DNA of 51,418 nucleotides, taken from the IMG/VR virus record IMGVR_UViG_3300018080_000031, positions 1-51,418 of that record; one strand, 5' to 3'. Positions 8,959 to 18,400 of the stretch are shown here, piece after piece. The position numbers and the translations under genes are program-made. The notes under the pieces were generated by a model. The model did no database searches and was not told the origin of the DNA. It saw only the letters and a program-made list of their open reading frames with translations. How positions within the stretch are numbered: the stretch's first letter is position 1; each line of letters starts with the position of its first letter. Source of the stretch: a virus. Its lineage: Duplodnaviria > Caudoviricetes.

Positions 8959-9372
8959 ATGCTAAGTGATTACAGTGATCTGGAACAAGAAATTGCCGAC
9001 GCTCCTGAGCCTAAAGTTCTTAAGGCCGGAACAGAGGTACATGCAAGAATCATCAACGTACGAACTGGAGTCAGCGACAAGAATGACTGTGTCTGGTACA
9101 CACCAGTCTTCGACGTCCCTGACGATCCTATGGTAATCGAGTTCAACGATTTCTTCTGGGATCTTGATCGTGAAAAGCTTGATGAAAAGCAGTTTCAAAG
9201 AAACCTTTTTAAATTCAAGAACTTCGCCACAGCATTTGGCATCGACTTCTCACGTCCCTTCTCTTGGGAAGATGACTTGCCAGGCAAAACCGGCTGGTTG
9301 ATTACTGGAGTTAGGAAAAGTGAGGAGTATGGAGAACAGAACATCGTGAAGAAGTACGTTGTGCCTAAGTAA
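8959..9372 (+). CDS. Putative single-stranded DNA-binding protein (DUF669-like OB fold)
   Basis: CGGAGG RBS; follows the Sak4-like gene; EYGEQNIVKKY C-terminal pattern. Confidence 0.6.
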   Translation: MLSDYSDLEQEIADAPEPKVLKAGTEVHARIINVRTGVSDKNDCVWYTPVFDVPDDPMVIEFNDFFWDLDREKLDEKQFQRNLFKFKNFATAFGIDFSRPFSWEDDLPGKTGWLITGVRKSEEYGEQNIVKKYVVPK

Positions 9373-9422
9373 TTAACCAAACCGTACAATTTACAAAACT
9401 TGGAAAAAATTCACTAAACAAT

Positions 9423-9519
9423 TCTCGGCGACTTCATCTGAAGTCTGGGGCATGGGAGCTGGTAATTACTTGTGATTGTCTATTGATTTAGATATTGGAG
9501 CCAGGAGCCAGTGCCGAGA
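9423..9519. other. Multi-stem structured intergenic element (candidate ncRNA)
   Basis: TCTCGGC/GCCGAGA closing stem enclosing GACTTC/GAAGTC, TAATTAC/GTGATTG and TCTA/TAGA hairpins. Confidence 0.4.
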
Positions 9520-9541
9520 TCGTTTAATAATTAAACAATCT
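9517..9541. repeat. 25-bp quasi-palindrome copy 7
   Basis: AGATCGTTTAATAATTAAACAATCT. Confidence 0.92.
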
Positions 9542-9556
9542 AATGAGGAAACGAAG

Positions 9557-9808
9557 ATGACCAACGAAGAATATCGTCCAAAGTTTTCTTTCGAGATCAG
9601 TGAAGAGCTAAAACAACGAGCTAATCGCACACTTGCTGTCTACGGCTTGCGTAAAAGTATCTTCACACCCATTCTTGAAGATGTCTTAGACCTAATCGAG
9701 AAGCACGGCCAGATGTTTGTCGGCGCTATTCTTGATCAAGCTATTAAACCGCACGAAGTGATACCAACTATTGCAAAAGCCGAGAGGAAAGTCAATGGCA
9801 AATCTTGA
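9557..9808 (+). CDS. Putative ribbon-helix-helix DNA-binding protein
   Basis: RPKFSFEISEELKQRA strand-helix pattern; GAGG RBS. Confidence 0.55.
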   Translation: MTNEEYRPKFSFEISEELKQRANRTLAVYGLRKSIFTPILEDVLDLIEKHGQMFVGAILDQAIKPHEVIPTIAKAERKVNGKS

Positions 9809-10004
9809 AGATCTAAAAATACCTGCCTTAACAAATATGTCTCAAGACGAGGCAATAGAATACCTACGTCAACTCCGATTATCTCGCCGAGTCCCTGTGA
9901 AGAAACAGTCTAAATCAACTGTTAAAAAGAAAGCAAAAGCTAAAGCTATTCCAAAGGTGAATGCTAAGCAAGCACAGGAACTATTAAAAATACTCGGAGG
10001 ATGA
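9795..10004 (+). CDS. Basic hypothetical protein
   Basis: GAGG RBS; Lys-rich C-terminal half. Confidence 0.7.
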   Translation: MANLEDLKIPALTNMSQDEAIEYLRQLRLSRRVPVKKQSKSTVKKKAKAKAIPKVNAKQAQELLKILGG

Positions 10005-10007
10005 ACT

Positions 10008-10172
10008 ATGAACAATGCACAGAGAGACATAGATAGAACAGTATTAGTTCTTGATGTTACGCTAGAGATGCTTAGATGTATGGAAAGTCTGTCTAATTGG
10101 AGACTATGGATAGCTTTAACGTTCTTAGGCAAAAGATTTTCAAAATCTCTACTGAAACTGAAGGAGCTATAA
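10008..10172 (+). CDS. Small hypothetical protein (54 aa)
   Basis: GGAGG RBS; fills the gap before ParB-MTase. Confidence 0.55.
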   Translation: MNNAQRDIDRTVLVLDVTLEMLRCMESLSNWRLWIALTFLGKRFSKSLLKLKEL

Positions 10173-10174
10173 CT

Positions 10175-11488
10175 ATGAACAACATAGAAGTTGGCAAGGT
10201 AGCTATGATTAACTTAGCTGACATAGAAGTTGGCGAACGAACTAGGCAGGAAATGGGAGACATTGAAGGGCTTGAAGATTCACTTAAGGAAAGTGGATTG
10301 ATCAGCCCTTTAGCAGTCAAAGCATCTGACAATGGCAAGTACTTGCTCTTAGCAGGCGAACGGAGATACATTGTTCTGCGCAAAAACAAAGTTGAAACAA
10401 TCCCTGCTCGCATCTATCCACCTGACATATCTGAGATTGAGATAAAGGTAATTGAGAAGTCCGAAAACTTTTATCGTAAAGATATGGAATACTATGAATA
10501 CGATGCTTTGGTTCTTGAAATACATAAGCTTCAACAATCTATCTACGGTGTCAAGGCGCCAGGGCCTGGTCACTTGGGTCATTCAGTTGAAGACACCGGC
10601 AAGATGATAGGTAAGACAAAGGGACACGTATCATCTGCAATCAAACGAGCTGAAGCACGTGAGGCTTTTCCTGAACTCTTCGACCGTTGCAAGACACAGA
10701 AAGATGCAAGTAACCTAATGCAGAAGATGGACGAGATGGTTGTGAAGGAAGCTTTGGCTAAGAAAATAGAATTAAACAAAGCTAGCAACACAGTCCAACA
10801 GCTGTCCAACTCATTTATCGTCGGAGACTTCTTTGAAAAAGTTAGGGAAATTCCAGATAGTATCATGCACTTGGTTGAAATTGACCCTCCGTATGCTATC
10901 AACTTGCAAGCAGCAAAGAAATCTGAAGGCGAATCACATTACATGAAAGAAAATTACAACGAAGTAGACACACGAGACTATGAATCCTTCATGACTCAGA
11001 CATTTGCTGAGTGCTACCGAGTAATGTCCGATCACTCATGGTTACTATGTTGGTTTGGACCTGAGCCGTGGTTCAATGATATTTACCTAGCATTGCGCTC
11101 AGCTGGGTTTAACACAACTCGTATGTGTGGCATTTGGTCAAAGCCTTCAGGTCAATCTAAACGCCCCGAGATGCATCTAGCTAACTCATATGAAATGTTC
11201 TTCTACGCATGGAAAGGTAGGCCTGCACTCAACCAACCTGGTAGGCGCAACATCTTCGATTTCTCTCCAGTCCCACCGCAACAGAAGACGCATCCAACTG
11301 AACGACCAATCGAGTTGATGAAAGAAATCTACAACACCTTCGCCTTCCCAGGATCTCGTGTGTTAATACCTTTCCTCGGCTCAGGTAATGGCATCTTAGC
11401 TGCGGACGACTTAGGTATGTCAGCAGTTGGTTTCGAACTATCCAAAGCATATAAGGATAGTTTCTTGGTTAAGATATGTAATAAATAG
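10175..11488 (+). CDS. ParB N-terminal/HTH domain fused to a beta-class N6A/N4C DNA methyltransferase
   Basis: GLISPLAV, LLAGERRY, EN motif, HTH-like SVEDTGKMIGKTKGHVSSAI; DPPY, HPTERP, PFLGSG; AAGGAG RBS at ATG 10175. Confidence 0.9.
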   Translation: MNNIEVGKVAMINLADIEVGERTRQEMGDIEGLEDSLKESGLISPLAVKASDNGKYLLLAGERRYIVLRKNKVETIPARIYPPDISEIEIKVIEKSENFYRKDMEYYEYDALVLEIHKLQQSIYGVKAPGPGHLGHSVEDTGKMIGKTKGHVSSAIKRAEAREAFPELFDRCKTQKDASNLMQKMDEMVVKEALAKKIELNKASNTVQQLSNSFIVGDFFEKVREIPDSIMHLVEIDPPYAINLQAAKKSEGESHYMKENYNEVDTRDYESFMTQTFAECYRVMSDHSWLLCWFGPEPWFNDIYLALRSAGFNTTRMCGIWSKPSGQSKRPEMHLANSYEMFFYAWKGRPALNQPGRRNIFDFSPVPPQQKTHPTERPIELMKEIYNTFAFPGSRVLIPFLGSGNGILAADDLGMSAVGFELSKAYKDSFLVKICNK

Positions 11489-11511
11489 ACCGTTTAATTA
11501 TTAAACGATCT
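11487..11511. repeat. 25-bp quasi-palindrome copy 8
   Basis: AGACCGTTTAATTATTAAACGATCT. Confidence 0.92.
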
Positions 11512-11523
11512 CGAGGAGAAAAG

Positions 11524-14028
11524 ATGAAGCGAACTTATGTCCCACCTTCTGGCAATCGCCAAGCTAAGATAGCCATCTGCGGTGAACAGCCTGGAGTTAT
11601 GGAGATTAGACAAGGCAAACCTTTTGTAGGTCCTGCAGGTCATGGTCTTGATGAATGTTTAAAGATGACACGCATTGCTAGGATTGATCTGTACTTAACA
11701 AATGTCATAAAAGACCTCGATCTACCTCTTGCCAAATACATAGACCTACGAAGCTCTGGCAAATACACTATATCAAAAGAAGGCTATCAATACATAGAGG
11801 AACTCGGCGAAGAACTTAAAAAGCTAAACCCTAATGTAGTGGTAGCCTTCGGCAACATTCCTTTGATTGCACTAACAAATCGAGTGGGAATAACAAAGTG
11901 GCGTGGCAGTGTACTTGAGTCAACTATTGTACCTAACCTAAAAGTAATACCTACCTTCCACCCTGCCACGTTCATCCCACCTAAGTTCAACTTCCTAAAC
12001 AAACCTTTAATATGTGAAGACTTACTGAGGGCTAAAGATGAATCAGAATACAAGGAAATCAGAAGGATACCAAGAAAAGTTATCATCAAACCAAGCTTCA
12101 GACAGTCTATCCAATTTCTTGAATACTGCTATGAAGCTGGAGTTCATGGACAGACTATTGATCTTGACATCGAGGTCATCAATGGGGAGGTCGATTGCAT
12201 ATCACTTGCTTATTCTCCTACGGAATCAATCAGTATCCCATTCATTGATTCGAGGGGTGATTATTTTACTGTTGACCAAGAGCTTGAGATTATGTTACTG
12301 GTTGCGAAGATCTTATCCTCGAACAGATTGGCTAAGCGGGGAGCTAACTTTATATTCGACACTCAGTTCCTATTTCATAAGTACGGTATCGTCCCACGAG
12401 GCAACATACACTGCACACAAATAGCCCAAAAGATTGCCTTCCCAGACTTCAACGCAGGATTAGACTTCGTAACTACAATGCACACAGACATTCCATACTA
12501 TAAACAAGACGGAAAGCAATGGATGAAAAGAGGTATCGGCACCTGGGAACAATGGTGGACTTATAATGGAATGGATACTATAGCAACAGCAGCTTCGCAC
12601 CAAAGTCAGATACAAGAACTAATCAAACAAGACAACTTACACACCTACGAGAGACAACGTAAGTTAATCAAACCACTCATTTACATGGCTGAGCGTGGTA
12701 TTAGAATCGATGTAGATGGAATGGTCAAGTACAAAGCAGTCGAAGAAGCTAAACTATCTCAGCTGGCCGAAGATCTAAATGCCGAAGTCGGTTATGAAAT
12801 AAACTACAACTCACCTATTCAATTAATGCATTATTTCTACACTGAACTAGGCCTAAAACCTTATAAGAAAAAGAATGCAAAAGGCAAGTACGTTGACACA
12901 TCAGACGTCGACGCACTCAAACGCATAGCTAGGCGTGGTTACAAAGCAGCACAAATAATGTTAGACATTCGCAGCCTTAGCAAACGAATCTCAACTTACC
13001 TAAACATAGGAAAGGTAGACAAAGATGGACGCTATCGAAGTTCATATAAACCAGTTGGAGCTGAAACAGGTAGACTCTCTTCAGGTGAAACTATCTTTGG
13101 AACTGGAGGCAATCAACAGAACTGGCCTCACGACTTACTTCGATTCTTTCTTTTTGACGAAGGTTATATTGGATACTCTTTCGACCTCTCTCAGATTGAG
13201 AATAGAATCGTTGCTTATGTCGGCGGAGTCCTCTCGCAAATCAAAGCCTTCGAGGAAGGAATCGACCTCCATCGAATGACCGCTTCAGTTATCTTCAACA
13301 AACCATATGATAAGATCTCAGCTGAAGATGGTTCCTCAACACTCGGCGATGGTAGACAAAGCGAGCGCTTTTGGGGTAAGAAAGGTAACCATGCAACTAA
13401 CTACGACGTAGGTTACAAGACCTTCGCTCTCAAGAATGAAATGACTGAGACCGAAGCCAAGCGCACACTTGAACTAATCCACCGAGGGTATCCACAAATC
13501 AGAGGTGGCTATCACCTCGTAATCCAACAAATGTTGAAGAAGAATAGAATAGTAACAAACCTAATGGGTCGCAATAGATTATTCCTAGGGCCTATCATAC
13601 CTTCTTACCCAAACGTACCTAAAGGTGCTTGCCTTAACACCTACCGTGAAGCTTATGCGCAACTTCCACAATCAACAACTGCCGATAAGATTAACGAACA
13701 AGGAATTGAATTCATCTATTACAACCAAGACCTATTCAAACCTGTTGAACTTCTAACTCAAATCCATGACTCAGTGGTCTTCCAAATACCTTTATCAGTC
13801 CCTTGGAATGAACAAGCTAAGATATTACTTAGAATAAAACGCTCACTTGAGCAACCTCTTTACTGGCACAAACAGGAAATCAAAACACCTGCTGATCTAT
13901 GCATTGGCTATAATATGTGCAAAGAGGATATGGTAGAATTGAAAAGCAAAGAGATACCAAGTAGCATAACATCACTTGCAACCAAACTAGAGGAGGTTTA
14001 CAATGAGCTTAAAACAAAGCATGCTTAA
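11524..14028 (+). CDS. polA: DNA polymerase family A with N-terminal uracil-DNA glycosylase-like domain and 3'-5' exonuclease
   Basis: GEQPG...PFVGPAG...TFHPA (family 4 UDG); DLDIE exonuclease; TGRLSS, DLSQIENR, RFWGKKGNHATNY, QIHDS. Confidence 0.93.
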   Translation: MKRTYVPPSGNRQAKIAICGEQPGVMEIRQGKPFVGPAGHGLDECLKMTRIARIDLYLTNVIKDLDLPLAKYIDLRSSGKYTISKEGYQYIEELGEELKKLNPNVVVAFGNIPLIALTNRVGITKWRGSVLESTIVPNLKVIPTFHPATFIPPKFNFLNKPLICEDLLRAKDESEYKEIRRIPRKVIIKPSFRQSIQFLEYCYEAGVHGQTIDLDIEVINGEVDCISLAYSPTESISIPFIDSRGDYFTVDQELEIMLLVAKILSSNRLAKRGANFIFDTQFLFHKYGIVPRGNIHCTQIAQKIAFPDFNAGLDFVTTMHTDIPYYKQDGKQWMKRGIGTWEQWWTYNGMDTIATAASHQSQIQELIKQDNLHTYERQRKLIKPLIYMAERGIRIDVDGMVKYKAVEEAKLSQLAEDLNAEVGYEINYNSPIQLMHYFYTELGLKPYKKKNAKGKYVDTSDVDALKRIARRGYKAAQIMLDIRSLSKRISTYLNIGKVDKDGRYRSSYKPVGAETGRLSSGETIFGTGGNQQNWPHDLLRFFLFDEGYIGYSFDLSQIENRIVAYVGGVLSQIKAFEEGIDLHRMTASVIFNKPYDKISAEDGSSTLGDGRQSERFWGKKGNHATNYDVGYKTFALKNEMTETEAKRTLELIHRGYPQIRGGYHLVIQQMLKKNRIVTNLMGRNRLFLGPIIPSYPNVPKGACLNTYREAYAQLPQSTTADKINEQGIEFIYYNQDLFKPVELLTQIHDSVVFQIPLSVPWNEQAKILLRIKRSLEQPLYWHKQEIKTPADLCIGYNMCKEDMVELKSKEIPSSITSLATKLEEVYNELKTKHA

Positions 14029-14191
14029 ATCTTTCGACGCTAAGGCAGTTATTAAGTTCGAAGGTCTTGACAAATCATCTGTTGCATCAGATGTATTCAA
14101 ACTAGTTCAACATTACCTAAACTACAACCTCTCCCACCAAATCATGATAGACACAGTCAACACTACCATCTACATAGGACGAAAGATATAA
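14003..14191 (+). CDS. Hypothetical protein
   Basis: GGAGG RBS. Confidence 0.55.
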   Translation: MSLKQSMLKSFDAKAVIKFEGLDKSSVASDVFKLVQHYLNYNLSHQIMIDTVNTTIYIGRKI

Positions 14192-14195
14192 CAAG

Positions 14196-15410
14196 ATGCC
14201 AAAGCGAGAGCTTCCTGACTGGATCGCAGGGTTCATGGAGTATACTAAAAACTCTGAGCCACCTCCTTTATTCCGCAAGTGGTGTGCCATCTCAACAATC
14301 GCTGCAGCTATGCAAAGGAAGGTACGTGTAGACTGGGGATCAGACTTGATAATGTACCCTAATATGTACATCATCTTAGTAGGCCCTTCCGCAACTGGTA
14401 AGGGTACAGCTATGAACTCAGCCCTTAACATAATTAAAGAAGTCCCTGCAATCAAGATGAGTGCCCAAGCAACTTCACTCCAAGCACTAATCCGCAGACT
14501 AAAGGAAACTAACTTAACCGACATAGACATCGGCACAGGCAATCAACAATACCATAGTTCAATGACAATATTTTCCAAGGAGTTTACCGTATTCTTGGGA
14601 TACCACAATAGAGAACTAATGGCATCTCTATGTGACTGGTATGACTGTGATAGTAGATGGTCTTATGAAACTATTTCAAGAAAGAAAGAAGAGATCATCG
14701 GAGTTTGGGTTAACCTCCTTGGAGGAACAACTCCTGATTCAATACAAAGTTCCCTACCTATAGAGTCAATAGGTGGTGGTCTAACGAGCCGAATCATCTT
14801 TGTCGTTGCAGAGAAGAAAGGTCAACTCGTCGTCTTACCAACTCAGACTCCGGAAGAAGTTGAACTACAATTACTTCTAATCCACGATCTTGAGAGAATA
14901 TCTATGCTCTCGGGCGGTTTTAAGTGGACTGAAAACTTCGCATCCTCCTGGTCTGACTGGTGCTATTACGCTGAAGACCATCCACCTTTCTACGACCCTA
15001 AGTTCGATGGATACATGGGAAGACGTCGATCTCATGTGATGAAACTTTCAATGATCCTAAGTGTATCTCACGGTAGGCACGGACTTGTGTTGACCAAAGA
15101 TGACTTCGATGAAGCTGTTAAACTGATTGAAGAAGTAGAAATCAAAATGCCTTTGGTGTTCAAAGGTGTGGGCAAAAGTGACTCGGCCAGCTCATTGCAT
15201 AAAGCAGTTGCATTCATAGAGAATTCAAAAACTAGCGAAATACCTTTCTACCAATTCGCTCGTTACTTCAGTAATGATATGGATAAGGTAATGATGGATA
15301 GAGTGATCGGCACTTTGGAATCGATGAAGGTGATCAAGTTCTTACATAAACCAGGTGGGGATGATTTAATTAAGATATTGCCTAAAGATGATAATAACGA
15401 GACCGTTTAA
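14196..15410 (+). CDS. DUF3987-like P-loop NTPase (putative replicative helicase)
   Basis: YPNMYIILVGPSATGKGT, GGTTP, GLTSRIIFV. Confidence 0.75.
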   Translation: MPKRELPDWIAGFMEYTKNSEPPPLFRKWCAISTIAAAMQRKVRVDWGSDLIMYPNMYIILVGPSATGKGTAMNSALNIIKEVPAIKMSAQATSLQALIRRLKETNLTDIDIGTGNQQYHSSMTIFSKEFTVFLGYHNRELMASLCDWYDCDSRWSYETISRKKEEIIGVWVNLLGGTTPDSIQSSLPIESIGGGLTSRIIFVVAEKKGQLVVLPTQTPEEVELQLLLIHDLERISMLSGGFKWTENFASSWSDWCYYAEDHPPFYDPKFDGYMGRRRSHVMKLSMILSVSHGRHGLVLTKDDFDEAVKLIEEVEIKMPLVFKGVGKSDSASSLHKAVAFIENSKTSEIPFYQFARYFSNDMDKVMMDRVIGTLESMKVIKFLHKPGGDDLIKILPKDDNNETV

Positions 15411-15424
15411 TTATTAAACAATCT
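15400..15424. repeat. 25-bp quasi-palindrome copy 9, at the convergence of the two arms
   Basis: AGACCGTTTAATTATTAAACAATCT, overlapping both stop codons. Confidence 0.92.
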
Positions 15425-18400
15425 ATTTTTTCAATTTCTCATACTCATCTAAAAATTTATCACTAATAACTCCTCCAGCTGTAGATATAATATTAAACTC
15501 TTTCCACAACTGCTTTCTTTCATCTTCACTTGATATCTCAAGTCTGTCATAAAACATCTTAGCCCTCGCTTCTGGCAACAACCCTTTCATTCGTCTCCAG
15601 AAAGACTTCTCAGGTAAGTTTTTAATAGCTATCTCAAATTCATATCTATCAAACAGTCTGTCTTGTGTATCTATATCTTTAAAGCTCTTCAAGTAACTAA
15701 ACACTTCCTTCTTACTAACATTCTTATCATACAAATAACCTTCAACCAGCGTGTCGAAACCTCTATTCTCCACAAAGTTCTTAAGCACACTCTCCTGCTC
15801 AACCTCACTAAACTTCTTTGCATGCTTCGAGTAAGGATTAGTTACACCAAAGAACCTTTTAATAACTGGAATCTTACTAATAACCTGAGCTAAATGCTGC
15901 TCTTTCTTACTCTTAGGTAAGTCACTAAAAGCTGCATCATATCCCTGCCCCAATAAGTAAGACCAAACTGTTCCATTGGTAACAAGTTCCTCAACCATAT
16001 ACTTAGTCCGCTCAGGCGAAAGCCCTGTCAATTTACCTACGTCCTTATAGAACTCCGGCGTATTCTTCGTATACTCCTCTCTACTCTCAGGCCAACTAAA
16101 TGGTTTATCAGTCTTCCGCCAAATATCTTCGTTCAACCAGAAATCTTTATTAGTAACATAACCTAACAATCCACTAATACTTGGTGGCAATTCAGTCACA
16201 CCAACAGGGCTTTGTTCCTTAAGTGAATCAACTACTCTATCAACATCAACTTCATTCCCTAACCACTTATCAGCCGCTGCTTCGAAGAATGTTTTAAAAA
16301 ATTTCTGCCCAGGATCTAACGGTATCTTAATATAAGGATACCTCATATTGCCATGCTCGTCTTCAAATCCAAACTGATCACCTAAAGGAATACACAAGTT
16401 ATTCTGCATATCTATATTACCTTTAAGATTCTTAGCAGTCTGCGGATGCATCTTTTGCATAGCTATGTAAATACCAGTAGTTAACGCACCTAATTGTGCA
16501 AGCTTATAAGTACTTCTAACTGGATTATCTTTAAACGATCTTAACAAACCTCTTGTTCCCTGAATAGCTGCATTTAAATAAGGAATACCATTATCAGCTG
16601 CTTTCCCAATCCCTCCGCCTTGACCGAAGTCCATATAGTCCCTAGCAGCGAACGTAGCTTCTTGTGGACTCTTTCCTTTCCTCAGTGCTCTCTCACGAAT
16701 CGCTAACCTAGTCATTATCTCAGACGTCTCGCCGAAGTAACCGAAGAAATCATAAAGCTTATCAATAGGCCCTTCAATATGTCTACCTCTTTGAAGTAAC
16801 CTACCTTGGTGTACCATAAACTCCATGCCACCGCCTTCGTTGATATAATTCTCATACCTACCTCTTCTCAACACAGCGTCTGAGAATACAGATGTTAAGT
16901 CATGAGTCATCTGTATACCAAAGACAGGCATATTAGCATTATACAGCGGTTTCCACTTACCATTCTCAAACGTCCTGGCTGCAAACCAAGTATGCATCAC
17001 ATCCCTTGGTAAGTTAGCCAATGCAAATCCCCAGTTGATTCCAGTCGCAAATGTCCTTAACACGGCAGAGCCTGACAACCACCTGACCATTTGACTAAGC
17101 CTATAGCTCATCTCTGGATTACTAACAATCCATTCTTTAGACATCTCCGGCGACAAGTAAATAGTCTTTCTCTGCCCTTCCTCGTAAACAAAGAACCTGT
17201 TCCAACCACTAGGTATCTTATCACCTTTCTTTTCCTTAATCCTGACAAATGGATTAGTTTCATCTTTCCTAGCTAACTCAAGCAATGCTCGATTAGCTTT
17301 GTTATTCATCACTCTGCCATAAGCTCTATTAAAAACTTCAAGCGCCATTACTTGTGAACTAGGTTCAAATACATCTGTGTCCCTACCTCTTGCAAGCGAC
17401 TCCACACCTGAGTCATAAACAGTTCTTTTCTTCTTCCCTACCTTCGCTTGATATTTCTTATCATAAACATCTACAAGTTTCAACCTACGATAATTGTGAG
17501 AACTTAAATCAGCAAACTCTTGTTCACTAATCAATCCTTCACTTAACATATCTTGCAATGGCTTCTTCATCCATTCAAAGTATGCATCGACTCTTCTTGA
17601 TAATGTAGAAGCTTGTTCCGGAGAAAGTTTCTCAATCTCAGGAAACAATTCTAAATAAGCAATTGAGTTCTTGGGTTCTATTTCTTTAGGAAACTTAAAT
17701 TGCTTCGGAGTTTTATACCTACCAATGTCTACCATTCTTGATGCAAGTATTAAATTATCAAGTACTCTTTTCTCTGTCTGCGTAAGCCCGCCATAAACCT
17801 CTTTCCCCATCTGCTTAAGCATCCTTGCAGCAATTGATGAAGAACCTTTGGCTAAGTACATTCTTTGAATAACTTCATAACCTTCACTACTTAACTTATC
17901 AAGCAAGTCTTTTCTAATATTCCCTGACCTGTCAATAAAGCTTCTATTAAACTCATCCCTAATCATCTTAGCTGCAACTTTTGGCTTAAACGCCTTCATA
18001 CCTCTTGCATACTTCGTATACTCAGCAACTTTGCGTGCACCTGCTACTATGTCCTTAGCTGCTTGATCAAGAGGAATGCCTGAATAGAGTTTGGTTCCAG
18101 CTGTTACGTCAGTAAGATTACCAACACTATCAGCAAGTCCTTCTCCATAAAGCATCTCGTCCAATGATTCCCAAGGTGGGACTAACTTCCTGGCTTCAGA
18201 ACTCATATTCATACGATGCTCGGCTAACCTAGCCTCCATTTCACCAGGAGTTGTCTTATAAACCTTACGAGCTTCTGACTTAGGTATAGCTATATACTCG
18301 GCAATCATCTTAGCATCAGCAGGACTGGACGTTTCAGCCACATCTCTTATAGATCTTATTGTGTTACCTACATCAGCAGTACCCTCATCCATCTCCATTA

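Noticed and set aside
9423-9519. Possible tRNA-Sec (about 95 nt, contains GACTTCA)
   Set aside because: CTTCA lies in a stem rather than an anticodon loop, there is no GTTCRA T-loop, and the arms do not form a cloverleaf
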